From Dictyostelium discoideum (taxonomy: Eukaryota): a DNA stretch of 64,000 nucleotides. Position 1 is the first letter of the stretch, and each line of letters opens with the position of its first letter. The notes under the pieces were generated by a model. It did not search any database. It was not told the DNA's origin and saw only the letters and a list, made by a program, of their open reading frames with translations. Below are positions 54,659 to 64,000 of the stretch, one piece after another. The stretch covers positions 3,104,001 through 3,168,000 of the forward strand of contig CM000152.2 of the NCBI GenBank assembly GCA_000004695.1. Reading direction: 5' to 3'. A program made the position numbers and the translations under genes.

Positions 54659-55132
54659 TTAAAAAGAAACAGATAAAACATCCAAATTTGCAGGTTGAGT
54701 ACCTTCAAGAATGAAACCAAATGTAAAGGAAGCATGGGCATTGATTGATGGTTGGTATGATGGAAGAGTGAGAATACCGTTTGGTAAAAGGTTAACATTC
54801 CAGATTGAAGTATTTGAATGATCTCTTAATCTTAAAGTGTAATCAGTGGCAATGTAAATTTGTTTAATATTTGTATTTAAATTATTTGTGATTGTAATAT
54901 CATATTGAGTGAATCTTTTATTACCACGTGAACCATCTACCCAAGTACCAATTACCTTTGTTGATAATGAAACTTCATGACAATCATTAATTGGAATACA
55001 ATTACAAACACCATTATCAATTCTACAAACTTGACCATATTGACAACTATATGGGCCACATTGGTATGGGAAACTTGCTGAAGCAAATGCAATTGTTAAT
55101 AATAAACTTAATAAAATAAGGATTGATCTCAT
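54659..55132 (-). CDS. Secreted 157-aa protein: signal peptide, a Cys-rich knot, then a Dictyostelium-type carbohydrate-binding (CBM49-like) domain. Single exon.
   Basis: It begins MRSILILLSLLLTIAFASASFPYQCGPYSCQYGQVCRIDNGVCNCIPINDCHEVS... (8 Cys in 40 aa), then VIGTWVDGSRGNKRFTQYDITITNNLNTNIKQIYIATDYTLRLRDHSNTSIWNVNLLPNGILTLPSYQPSINAHASFTFGFILEGTQPANLDVLSVSF. The W..G......Y...I.N...I...W.V....LP....FGF pattern is that of the cellulose-binding domains of slime-mould spore-coat/CelB-type proteins. I assigned the domain from memory. Confidence 0.65.
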   Translation of the reverse strand: MRSILILLSLLLTIAFASASFPYQCGPYSCQYGQVCRIDNGVCNCIPINDCHEVSLSTKVIGTWVDGSRGNKRFTQYDITITNNLNTNIKQIYIATDYTLRLRDHSNTSIWNVNLLPNGILTLPSYQPSINAHASFTFGFILEGTQPANLDVLSVSF

Positions 55133-55697
55133 TTTAATTATTAAAAAAAACTCTTTTATTATTTGTTTTTATATATATATATTTTTTTTTGGAATGAATG
55201 GTTTAAAAAAAAAAAAATAACTATTTATACAAATATTTTTCTTCTTTAAAAATTAGAAATATAATTTTTAAATAATATTAAAATTGTGTTTTTTAAAATG
55301 GGAATCAAATGATTAATAATCAAATCCATTTGCCATAAATATTAAATAATTAAAAAAAAAAAAAATAAAAAATAAAATAAAGTGTATAGGTTATAAAATA
55401 AACCTTTACCGCAATAGTTTAATTAAAAAAAAAAAAAAATTATCTCTTATTTGTTAAAAAATATTATCTAGAAAAAAAAAAAAAAGTAGCACAATTTATC
55501 TCTTCGATACAATTTTGGAATCAATATAATTAATAATGAAACTTCCTTTATTCCAAATTTAATTTAAATTATACTTTTATTTCAAAGAAAGCCATACAAA
55601 AAAAAAATTCCCAATATCTTAAAAATACCTAAAAGAACGATTAATATTTGTTTATTTATTCAATTATTTTTTCTTTATTTTTTATTTTTTTTTTTTC

Positions 55698-55737
<40 letters not shown>

Positions 55738-55771
55738 GGGTTTGGTGTTATCTTAACAATTAATTAATTTA

Positions 55772-55882
<111 letters not shown>

Positions 55883-55962
55883 TTTATTTTTATTATTATT
55901 ATTATTTAATTTTAATTTAAAATTTATATTCAATTTTTATATATTATTATTGTTATTATTAA

Positions 55963-56430
55963 TTATTCACTTGAACCAGAAATAGGTGTAGTAGAATAAG
56001 GTGAATGTCTACCACTATATAATACAGGACTTCCTTTGTGCAATAAATTTGTGGTTTCATCATCGGAATCATAACGTTGTGGATCCAAAAATAATCTTGA
56101 AGGTTGTTGTTGAATGATTCTACCGGGTATGACAGCTGTTTGAGGTGGATATGCAAATGAATTAACATTTTTATTTCTTCTGGCTAGACCACCGATATGA
56201 GTGGTTGGTATTCTCCAAAATAAAACTAAAATTAAAATATATGGTAAAATCTCCCATACTAAATATGTAAAGAAAACGGTTAAATTCTCTCTTAATGATA
56301 ATTGATCACTTAATGATATATTAACTTTTCCAAATGCTGCAATAAAATCATAAACACATCTACTTGTAAAACATAAAAATATGAAAAATGTAATTGGTAT
56401 AATTGATAATGGTAATTGAGATTGTAACTA

Positions 56431-56463
<33 letters not shown>

Positions 56464-57380
56464 TTTGATTAATATCTGGTATCTGTTATCTATTATCTGT
56501 TAACTTTTTTTTTTTTTTTTTTTTTTTTTTGATCTACACTTACATGACGATTTGTATTTTGCTTAATAATTCTTAACTTCCAACCATAAAATGCTAAAAT
56601 TGAAACTAATAATAAAAATACAACACCATTCAAAATCGATTGAATTTGTGTTAGCAAAGACATATCTGAATATTTTACATATATTGCTATCCATACTGCG
56701 TACATTTAAAAAATGATAAAAATGATAAAAATAATTAATATTTATGATTTACTTAATTTTTTTTTATTATTTGTTATTTGAGAATATTCTCCTCAAAGGA
56801 AAAAATAAAAAAATAAAAAAGGGAGGGGGTAGGTTGACTTCTTTATAATTTTCACAGTGAGAATGTCATTGGTGATGATGATATTTTTTTAATTTGTAAA
56901 ACTTACCAATTTGTAAAACTAATAAAATTATATTGACAGATGAATAAACTATTGTGAATCTCATCCTAGTGAATCTTTCCCATGTTGTTCTATGTACTAC
57001 ATGAGCATAAAATAAAACTAAAAGTGAAAATGTTGCGAATTGAATATTGATTGGAATTAAAAAAAAGGTAGTTAAAACTGCTTTATTTGAACTAAAAATA
57101 TCAAAAAATCCCCAAAATATTGCTCTTAATAATCCCCATATAAATCCAAGTAATAGAAATCCAAATCTAAATGAAAATATATTATGCCTATAGGTATTTG
57201 TTTTAAAAAATTTTATTTGTTAATAAAAAAATACATTGTTATTTCTTTATTTCTTCTGATTCTAAATAACTATACATACTTATTGTAAAGAATTCTTACT
57301 ATTTGAAATGATACAATAAGTGTTAAAGATGAATATAGTATTAATAAAGGGAAAGGTATCCCTGAAAAATATGATGTCAT
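55963..57380 (-). CDS. TOM1/THH1/TOM3-family (DUF1084) seven-TM protein, 4 exons: 57280..57380 (ATG 57380), 56907..57187, 56544..56695, 55963..56427. 332 aa.
   Basis: The product reads MTSYFSGIPFPLLILYSSLTLIVSFQIVRILYNK|HNIFSFRFGFLLLGFIWGLLRAIFWGFFDIFSSNKAVLTTFFLIPINIQFATFSLLVLFYAHVVHRTTWERFTRMRFTIVYSSVNIILLVLQIG|VWIAIYVKYSDMSLLTQIQSILNGVVFLLLVSILAFYGWKLRIIKQNTNRH|LQSQLPLSIIPITFFIFLCFTSRCVYDFIAAFGKVNISLSDQLSLRENLTVFFTYLVWEILPYILILVLFWRIPTTHIGGLARRNKN... From memory it aligns block by block with plant TOM1 (LIQLIRIQRRV..., VRAILFGFHRQVF..., [64 protein letters not shown]). Donors are GTATGT and GTAAGT, and the exon lengths are 101+281+152+465 nt in frame. Confidence 0.8.
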
Positions 57381-57391
57381 TTGCTATATTT

Positions 57392-57431
<40 letters not shown>

Positions 57432-58631
57432 TATGTTAAAAAAAAAAAAGAGTCGATTAAATAAAAAAGTGTATAAATCGGTATAGTTCTTATTTATTGA
57501 TAAATGTATGTTTTATTATTAGTTGATGTTGTATGTATTTGTATATTATTATTATTATTATTATTATTTATTTGAAATTTTCAATGTATGTATATATATA
57601 TAATGTAGGTAATAAGTGTTTATAGTTGTTAAATTTTTCTGTCCATGGGAGATTAAAAACGATAATATATTATATAATATATATATTCTTATCTTTTTAT
57701 TTATTCTCTATATTTAGATTTTTTATTTACAAAAAAAAAAATTACAAAAAATAAAAAAATAAGAAAAAAAAAAAAAAATAAAAAATAAAAAAATTGATAT
57801 TATTTTTTTTTAAAAAAAAAAAAAATCTTTTTTTTGTTTTTCCTTTTCTTTTTCTTTTTTTATTTATTTTTATTTTTATTTTATTTTATTTTATTTTTTC
57901 GTTGTTGTGATATTTTTATCCTTTATTATAAACAAGTTTGATTTTATTTGTTTAAATATTTATTTATTTATTTAATTAATTAATTAATTATTCTTATTTT
58001 TTTATGTTTTATGGCAAATCATTAAATAAAAATTTAATACCTCGCACAATATTTGCAATTCGCCTGGTTGAAAAAAAAAAAAAATAAAAAAATAAAAAAA
58101 TAAAAAAAAAAAATAAAAATAAAATAAAATAAATTTTCAAAATTCGTTATCCAATTTTTTTGAGTTTTACCGCTTGCTGTTTTTTTTTATTTTCACACCC
58201 CTTTCTAGTTTTGTTATTACTTCTTTTTTTAAAAAATTATTATTATTTTAATTTATTCTCAAAAAAATGAAAAAAAAAAAAATAAATAAATAAAAATATA
58301 TATACAAATAAATAAAAATAAATAAAAAACAAATAAAAAATTAAGATTAAAATTTAGTATAACCAAATATTTTTTTTTTTTCCATGTTTTTCCATGTTTT
58401 TCCAACTTTACCAAAAAAATAAAAAAATATGAATATATAAAACAACCAAGGTGACAAATTTATATTTTTTTTTCTTAATAATTTTTTTTTTTTTTTTATT
58501 TATTTATTTATATAATAATTTTTTTATTTGATTTGAAACGAATTAGCTTTTCAAATCAAAATTATTTTGTTTTGTTTTTTTTTTTTTTTAAAAGTTTATA
58601 TACATAAGAAAAGAAATGGTTTGTGGATCGG

Positions 58632-58665
<34 letters not shown>

Positions 58666-58670
58666 CTTTT

Positions 58671-58788
58671 TTATATCATTGTATCATCCATAATTAAATC
58701 ATCATTATATTGATGATTGTTTATCATGATTGAGTCATTGCTATTACTTTTATAAATACCATTGTTTAAAGTTGGATTTGGGTGCATA

Positions 58789-58824
<36 letters not shown>

Positions 58825-59072
58825 GGTGGTTGATGGATAATATATGAACCATTACCATTACTATGAGAGGATGTTTGTGATGAACGAGAGGATTGAGATG
58901 ATACTGATGAAGTTGGTGATACTATTGGTACCATTGAGACATTAGAATGATGTTGTAATTGTTGGTGTTGTAATTGTTGTTGCTTATTTTCAGTAATTGT
59001 TGGTGAAATTCTTGATATTGGTCTCTTTACAGCAGCGGTAGTTGAGGATTTATTATTAACAATATTTTGTTG

Positions 59073-59108
<36 letters not shown>

Positions 59109-60284
59109 TAAGTTTGTATTTAATGAGAACTGAATCTTTTTTTTATTATTTGGTGACAATTTTGAAGCGGCAGTTGAACGATTACTATTAGTACCTGGTG
59201 TATTTGTTAAAGATTTAATTGGAAGTGGTGAAAGTGGTGATCTTTTCTTAAGTAATGTTTTTGTTGAAAGTGCCGATGAATATGGTGATTGTGTTAAATT
59301 CTCAAGTGTTGATTTTGATTTTGGTGTTTTTGGTGTTGAAGGTGTTTGAACACTTTTAAAAACTCTTGATGATGTTGGTGTTTTTGGTCCATTATTATTA
59401 TTATTATTATTATTATTACTACTAATATTACTACTATTTATATTATTATTATTATTAAAGGTAGTTGAAGTGGATTTCTTTATTGGACCACCAACACCAT
59501 TACCATTACCATTTATATTTACATTATTACCATTATTACAATTGATAGCATTTGATTTCATTTCATCAACTTTATTTTGTTTTTCTCTTTCTTTTCTTAA
59601 CTTTTCAGTTTCTTTTAATTTCTTCTCATTATCAGCTTGTTGTTGCATAACTTCTAAATAATTAAAACCTTCATATGTAAATGGTTGACCATATGTTTTA
59701 TCCCAAATTAATAATTGTTTCTTTAAATTATCTTCAATAACTGGTAATTTTTGAAATGCTGTACTTAACTAATAATGATGATGATGATGATTATTATTAT
59801 TATTAATAAATATTTTTTTTTATTTATTTATTTTTAAAAAAAGATTTTTAAACTTACTTCTTTTTCTTTTTCAAATCTAGCACGATCGAATTTTTTACTT
59901 AATAAACGTTCTTTATCACCTAAAATAGTTTGTTCATATTCTATTTTATAATTTCTAATTGTTTCTCTTTTTTCAATTAATAAAAGTAATGGTTTTGAAA
60001 TTTCATAAAGTTTACCAACACGTGTTAGTTCCAATTCATAAAGTTCTAAAAGTTCTTCAGAATCATTATTTATATCTAAATTATTATCGATAACCAATTT
60101 CTTTAATTTTTCAATTGGTAAATGTAAATGATTATAAAATGTTTGAATCTTTTCAACCACTTTTTTAATTAAATCTGATAAACAATTATTTCTAATTTCT
60201 TCAACTCTTTCTAATTCTTCTCTACACTATAAAAATAAAATAAAATAAATAATAATTATTGAATAAGTACCAATTATAATGTAT

Positions 60285-60332
<48 letters not shown>

Positions 60333-61464
60333 TAGTTAGTTACTTACAGCTTCAATTACATCAAAACCAAGACCAGAAGTTTTTGCAAAAAAAGAATCTC
60401 TTTCATCGGTAGGTATTTCTAATTTATTCCAAAGTAAAGTGATCTGAGTAGCATATTTACAAACCATTTCTTCATGTTCGGCTTTAATAATATATAATCT
60501 ATACCTCTTTTGTTCCAATGCTGTTAGAGTAGCTTGACCAAGTGGTATTGGTGATACTTTATCAATTGTAGATTGAGTCATTAATAAAATTGATTTCTCT
60601 AATTCTGTATCTGGTGAAACTCTTAATTCTTCCCATAATTGAACAATTTCATTTGATATTTTTTGAACTTCAAAAAATAATTCATCCTATAATAATAATA
60701 ATAATAATAATAATAAATTAATAAAATAAATTAATAAAACAGCAATAAATAAATAATGAAATACCAATAAAATAAAGATTTACATACTCTTTGAGTTTTT
60801 AAAATTTTTAATTTTCTTCCAAGTGAGGATATTTTATCCATAGAGTAATCATTACCTTGCATTGCACTTTCGTCTATAGTACTTTGATGTAAATCTTTTA
60901 ATTCCATTTCTTTTGAGTAATCGTCAATTCCAGCTTCCAATTCTTCAATTATCGCCATTCTATCCTCTGTTCTTTTTCTTAATTTACTTTTTTCAATCTC
61001 AATATATTCTAATCTTTGAAAAAGTGTCATTGATGATAATGTTTGATGATTCTATATTTTTAAAATTATTTAATTAGTTCTTTAAAAAAAAAAAAAAGGA
61101 ATAAAATAAAAATTATAAAAATTATAATATTAATAATAACTACATCATTAACAGTTTCACCTAATTCAGTTGACATTGAACATAATGATTCTAAACCAGA
61201 GATAATATCTTTAATTATATCCTCTTTATATTGTTCTTCTTTTTTTAATAATGAATTATAAATTTCTATGATTTTTTCTGATGCTCTATTATTATTATAA
61301 TTATTATAAATGTATTAGTATTATTATTAAAAAAAAAAAAAAAAAAAATATTATACATACGTATCAATTTGATTTTTTCTATATGCTTGATCAATTCCTA
61401 GCTCATCCCAAATTTTAGCCACTTTGACTAAAACCTCTTTAATTATTTCGGATTCTATTGTCAT
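58671..61464 (-). CDS. MAP65/Ase1/PRC1-family microtubule-bundling protein, 6 exons: ~61361..61464 (ATG 61464), ~61144..61285, ~60788..61051, 60348..60686, 59858..60226, 58671..59768. About 771 aa.
   Basis: Exon 1 reads MTIESEIIKEVLVKVAKIWDELGIDQAYRKNQID, matching the PRC1 N-terminus (L..IWdeiG). Exon 3 reads ...MTLFQRLEYIEIEKSKLRK...DDYSKEMELKDLHQ.... Exon 4 reads DELFFEVQKISNEIVQLWEELRVSPDTELEKSILL...ITLLWNKLEIPTDERDSFFAKTSGLGFDVIEA, which contains the hallmark LW..L.IP.EER repeats. Exon 5 reads CREELERVEEIRNNCLSDLIKKVVEKIQTFYNHLHLPIEKLKK.... Exon 6 reads LSTAFQKLPVIEDNLKKQLLIWDKTYGQPFTYEGFNYLEVMQQQADNEKKLKETEKLRKEREK..., followed by a long unstructured S/T/N/Q/P tail typical of the PRC1 C-terminal regulatory region. 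All introns are 70-110 nt with GTAAGT/GTATGT donors. Confidence 0.8.
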
Positions 61465-61869
61465 TTTTTCTAGTATAAAATAAAATAAAATAAAATAAAA
61501 TAAAATATATATATAAATTTTTCTAATTAAATAAAAAATATATTATTTATTCATAAAATTATTATTATTATTATTATTATTGTTTCTTTTTTTTTTAAAT
61601 TTTTTTTTTTTTTTTTTTTAAATTATTTTATTTTATTTTATTTGTTGCTTCTTAATAATATGCCAATGAACAATTAAAATATAGTTATGAAAAATTTTAG
61701 TTTTGGAATTAAAACAAATTATTTTTTTTATTTTTTTTTTTTTTTAAAAAAAATAATGGACTTTTTTGAAAATTTAAATTTTTTAGCGGGTGAAGTGATT
61801 TAAAATTTAAAAAATAACTGTCAAAAAATTAAACAATAAAGGAATATTTTTTTGATTTTGATTTTGATT

Positions 61870-61915
<46 letters not shown>

Positions 61916-61970
61916 TTTTATTTATTAATTTATTTATTTATTTATTTATTATAATTAATTAATTAATTTA

Positions 61971-62945
61971 TTAATTTGAAATTTCTTTTAGAGTTTTATC
62001 CATTATATTTAAAATTTTAACACCAACTACTTTTGCAGTATTTATCATTTGATTTATTGTAGTTGGATCTAAACCATCGATACCACCTTTTTGAATACTA
62101 CAAATGTTTGCAAGTGAATTAACACCAACGGTTAAACGAGCATTCATACAAAGTTCTTCTTGTAATGTCGTATCGATTACGAATTGATTACCAATCTTTG
62201 TTAGAGTGACACAAATTGGTACATTATCAATTGATAATGATAATGTATCTTCTGGGTCGTCAGACACTTCAAATGTAATCTCTTCATATTCGCCTTGAAT
62301 TGCTTTCACTCTTGGTATTCTTGTATTTTGTAAGGCAGATCTACATGCAATTGATAATGCATCAAATAAATTACCATCTGAATCCAAAACAATTGCATCA
62401 ACATATAATGTCCAATAATATTTACCTGAAACAATTGAAAAACAATTATCATCACCACTATTTGTTATAATATCTCCTTCTTTTTCTTTTTCTTTTCCCT
62501 CCTCTGCTTCTTTTATTTTATTATTATTATTATTATTATTTGATATAATTGGATTTGTTAATTTTAAATTTTTAATAACATTTGGATGTGAATATAATCT
62601 TTCTAATTGTTTTGATAATTCTATATTTAAAAATTCTGATCCTTTTCCTTCAAATTCTGGTGATGCTGATGGACAACAATTCACCGAGAATACTAATCTC
62701 TTTGATGTATCTGATTGTTGTAAATTTGATGTGATCTCTGATTGAATATGTGTAATCTCTGCTTTAACTCCAACCAATACTTCGGTTTGTGATAACTTTA
62801 CTCTTGCTGACCCATTTGCATGTATAATCTCACCAGTTTCAATTGCAAAATTTCTATAATCTACACGATTTCTACCATCACTTCTAATATTATTTTCAAC
62901 ACCTTGCTGTATAAATAATGATTCTGATGGTGATATCTTTTGCAT
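61971..62945 (-). CDS. Exosome complex component Rrp42 (EXOSC7), RNase PH-like non-catalytic subunit; single exon, 324 aa.
   Basis: The product reads MQKISPSESLFIQQGVENNIRSDGRNRVDYRNFAIETGEIIHANGSARVKLSQTEVLVGVKAEITHIQ...SVNCCPSASPEFEGKGSEFLNIELSKQLERLY...YWTLYVDAIVLDSDGNLFDALSIACRSALQNTRIPRVKAIQ...LSIDNVPICVTLTKIGNQFVIDTTLQEELCMNARLTVGVNS.... From memory it matches human EXOSC7 (GSARVKLGHTDILVGVKAEM; NATPEFEGRGG; LYVDVLLLECGGNLFDAISIAVKAALFNTRIPRV; ENVPCIVTLCKIG...VVDATLQEEACS). It has a poly-N/K/E insertion. Confidence 0.9.
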   Translation of the reverse strand: MQKISPSESLFIQQGVENNIRSDGRNRVDYRNFAIETGEIIHANGSARVKLSQTEVLVGVKAEITHIQSEITSNLQQSDTSKRLVFSVNCCPSASPEFEGKGSEFLNIELSKQLERLYSHPNVIKNLKLTNPIISNNNNNNNKIKEAEEGKEKEKEGDIITNSGDDNCFSIVSGKYYWTLYVDAIVLDSDGNLFDALSIACRSALQNTRIPRVKAIQGEYEEITFEVSDDPEDTLSLSIDNVPICVTLTKIGNQFVIDTTLQEELCMNARLTVGVNSLANICSIQKGGIDGLDPTTINQMINTAKVVGVKILNIMDKTLKEISN

Positions 62946-63017
62946 TGTGTTGTATTGTGTTTTTTTTATTTTACAAAGTTTTGATTAAATTCGATGCCTT
63001 TTTTTTTTTTTCGTTTT

Positions 63018-63065
<48 letters not shown>

Positions 63066-63510
63066 CAAAATTATTTTTATTTTTTTTAATTTTTTATTTT
63101 TTTTAATTTATTTTTATTTTTATTTTTATTTTTTATTTCTTTAAATCTTGGAAAATTAATAAAAAAAAAAGAAAAAAAATAAAAAGAAGAGATAATTCAA
63201 TAATACATTTTTAAAAAATAAAAATAAAAAAAAAAAAAAAAAATTATTGTGACCTAAATCAAATTAAAAAATAAAAAAAAATAAAATAAAAATAAATTAT
63301 TTGTTATTATTTAAATTCCAAAATAAATAAAAAAATAAAAAAGGAATATATTAAAAAGGAAATAAAAAAAAATAAAAAAAAAATGAAATCTTTTAAAAAC
63401 CTTTTACCCAATTTTATTATAAATATTTCAAACATTTTTATTTTTTTACTTTTTTTTTTAAAACAGAATTTTCAAAGCAAAAATAAAATTTTTTTTTTTT
63501 CCCACAAAAA

Positions 63511-63545
<35 letters not shown>

Positions 63546-63632
63546 TTTTTTTTTTTTTTAAAATTTATTTGTAACTTAAAAAAAAACCACTAACCAAGGG
63601 GGAGGGGGTATTCTTAAATTTATAAATAAAGA

Positions 63633-64000
63633 TGGAGGATAATGATATTAGTTTTAGTATTTTTGGAAATAGTGATGACATTTTAGATAATACAAAAAAG
63701 AGTAAATCCAATATTAATAATAGTGGCAGTAGTATCTTTGGTAATGGCAATGAAAATAATAATAATATGAACACTAATAATAATAATAGCAATCAAAATA
63801 ATAATGATATCAATTACAATAATAATAATAATAATAATAATAACAATAATAGTAACAATAGTAACAATAGTAATAATAATAATAATAATATTAACAATAA
63901 TAATAATAGAAATAATAATAACTTTAATAATAATAACAATAATAATGTTAACTACTTTGAACAAGATGTAGATTTTGGTGAAAATGCCCATTCTTCAAAC
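63633..64000 (+). CDS. 5' part of an Asn-rich protein gene running off the window end (MEDNDISFSIFGNSDDILDNTKKSKSNINNSGSSIFGNGNENNNNMNTNNNNSNQNNNDINYNNNNN...NYFEQDVDFGENAHSSN...).
   Basis: ATG at 63633 opens a frame that stays open to position 64000. The minus-strand track ORFs 63565..63991 are poly-Ile/Leu antisense artefacts of the (AAT)n coding repeat. Confidence 0.45.

Overview
This 64-kb window is about 78% A+T. It has long poly(A)/poly(T) tracts, (AAT)n/(ATT)n microsatellites and poly-Asn/Gln/Ser/Thr coding runs. Introns are short and AT-rich with GTAAGT/GTATGT donors and T-rich ...AG acceptors, and first exons are often tiny. That is the signature of Dictyostelium-type social-amoeba nuclear DNA, not a prokaryotic locus, so operon, CRISPR and defence-island logic does not apply. 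Many six-frame ORFs in the supplied track are antisense or low-complexity artefacts of the repeats, and the track also uses TTG/GTG as starts. I reconstructed spliced gene models by hand; splice coordinates are approximate (+/-1-3 nt). About 27 protein-coding genes are supportable, plus one tRNA-Ser(AGA). Reading across the window, the genes are: DnaJ-A/Ydj1-type Hsp40 (3' end cut by the window edge), a CLASP_N/TOG-like HEAT protein followed by an out-of-frame Ser/Thr-rich ORF, an RPAP1 homologue, a UIM-containing protein, an N-myristoylated (MGN...) protein, a small HSP20/alpha-crystallin protein with a long basic tail, Grp94/endoplasmin (HDEL), Vps55/LEPROT (endospanin), a large C2 + DENN + WD40 protein, an H-type lectin ORF with no in-frame Met, a Stum/SPEC3-like small membrane protein, a highly divergent CCT-like group II chaperonin paralogue without the GDGTT ATP motif, ribosomal protein L24e, a secreted protein, CCDC47 (PAT complex), COQ5 methyltransferase, EMC6 (with a 20-nt micro-exon), an LRR-like protein, ATP11 assembly factor, a TPR (TTC19-like) protein, a CBM49-like secreted protein, a TOM1/THH1-like 7TM protein, a MAP65/Ase1/PRC1 homologue and exosome subunit Rrp42. 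Non-genic structures worth attention are a 250-bp foldback element with perfect ~56-bp terminal inverted repeats, a GTGACGATGCA-containing segment present three times in the Grp94 5' flank, a GC-richer non-coding island beside the tRNA gene, and several frame anomalies. I found no prokaryote-style undescribed system; the most unusual loci are listed in findings.
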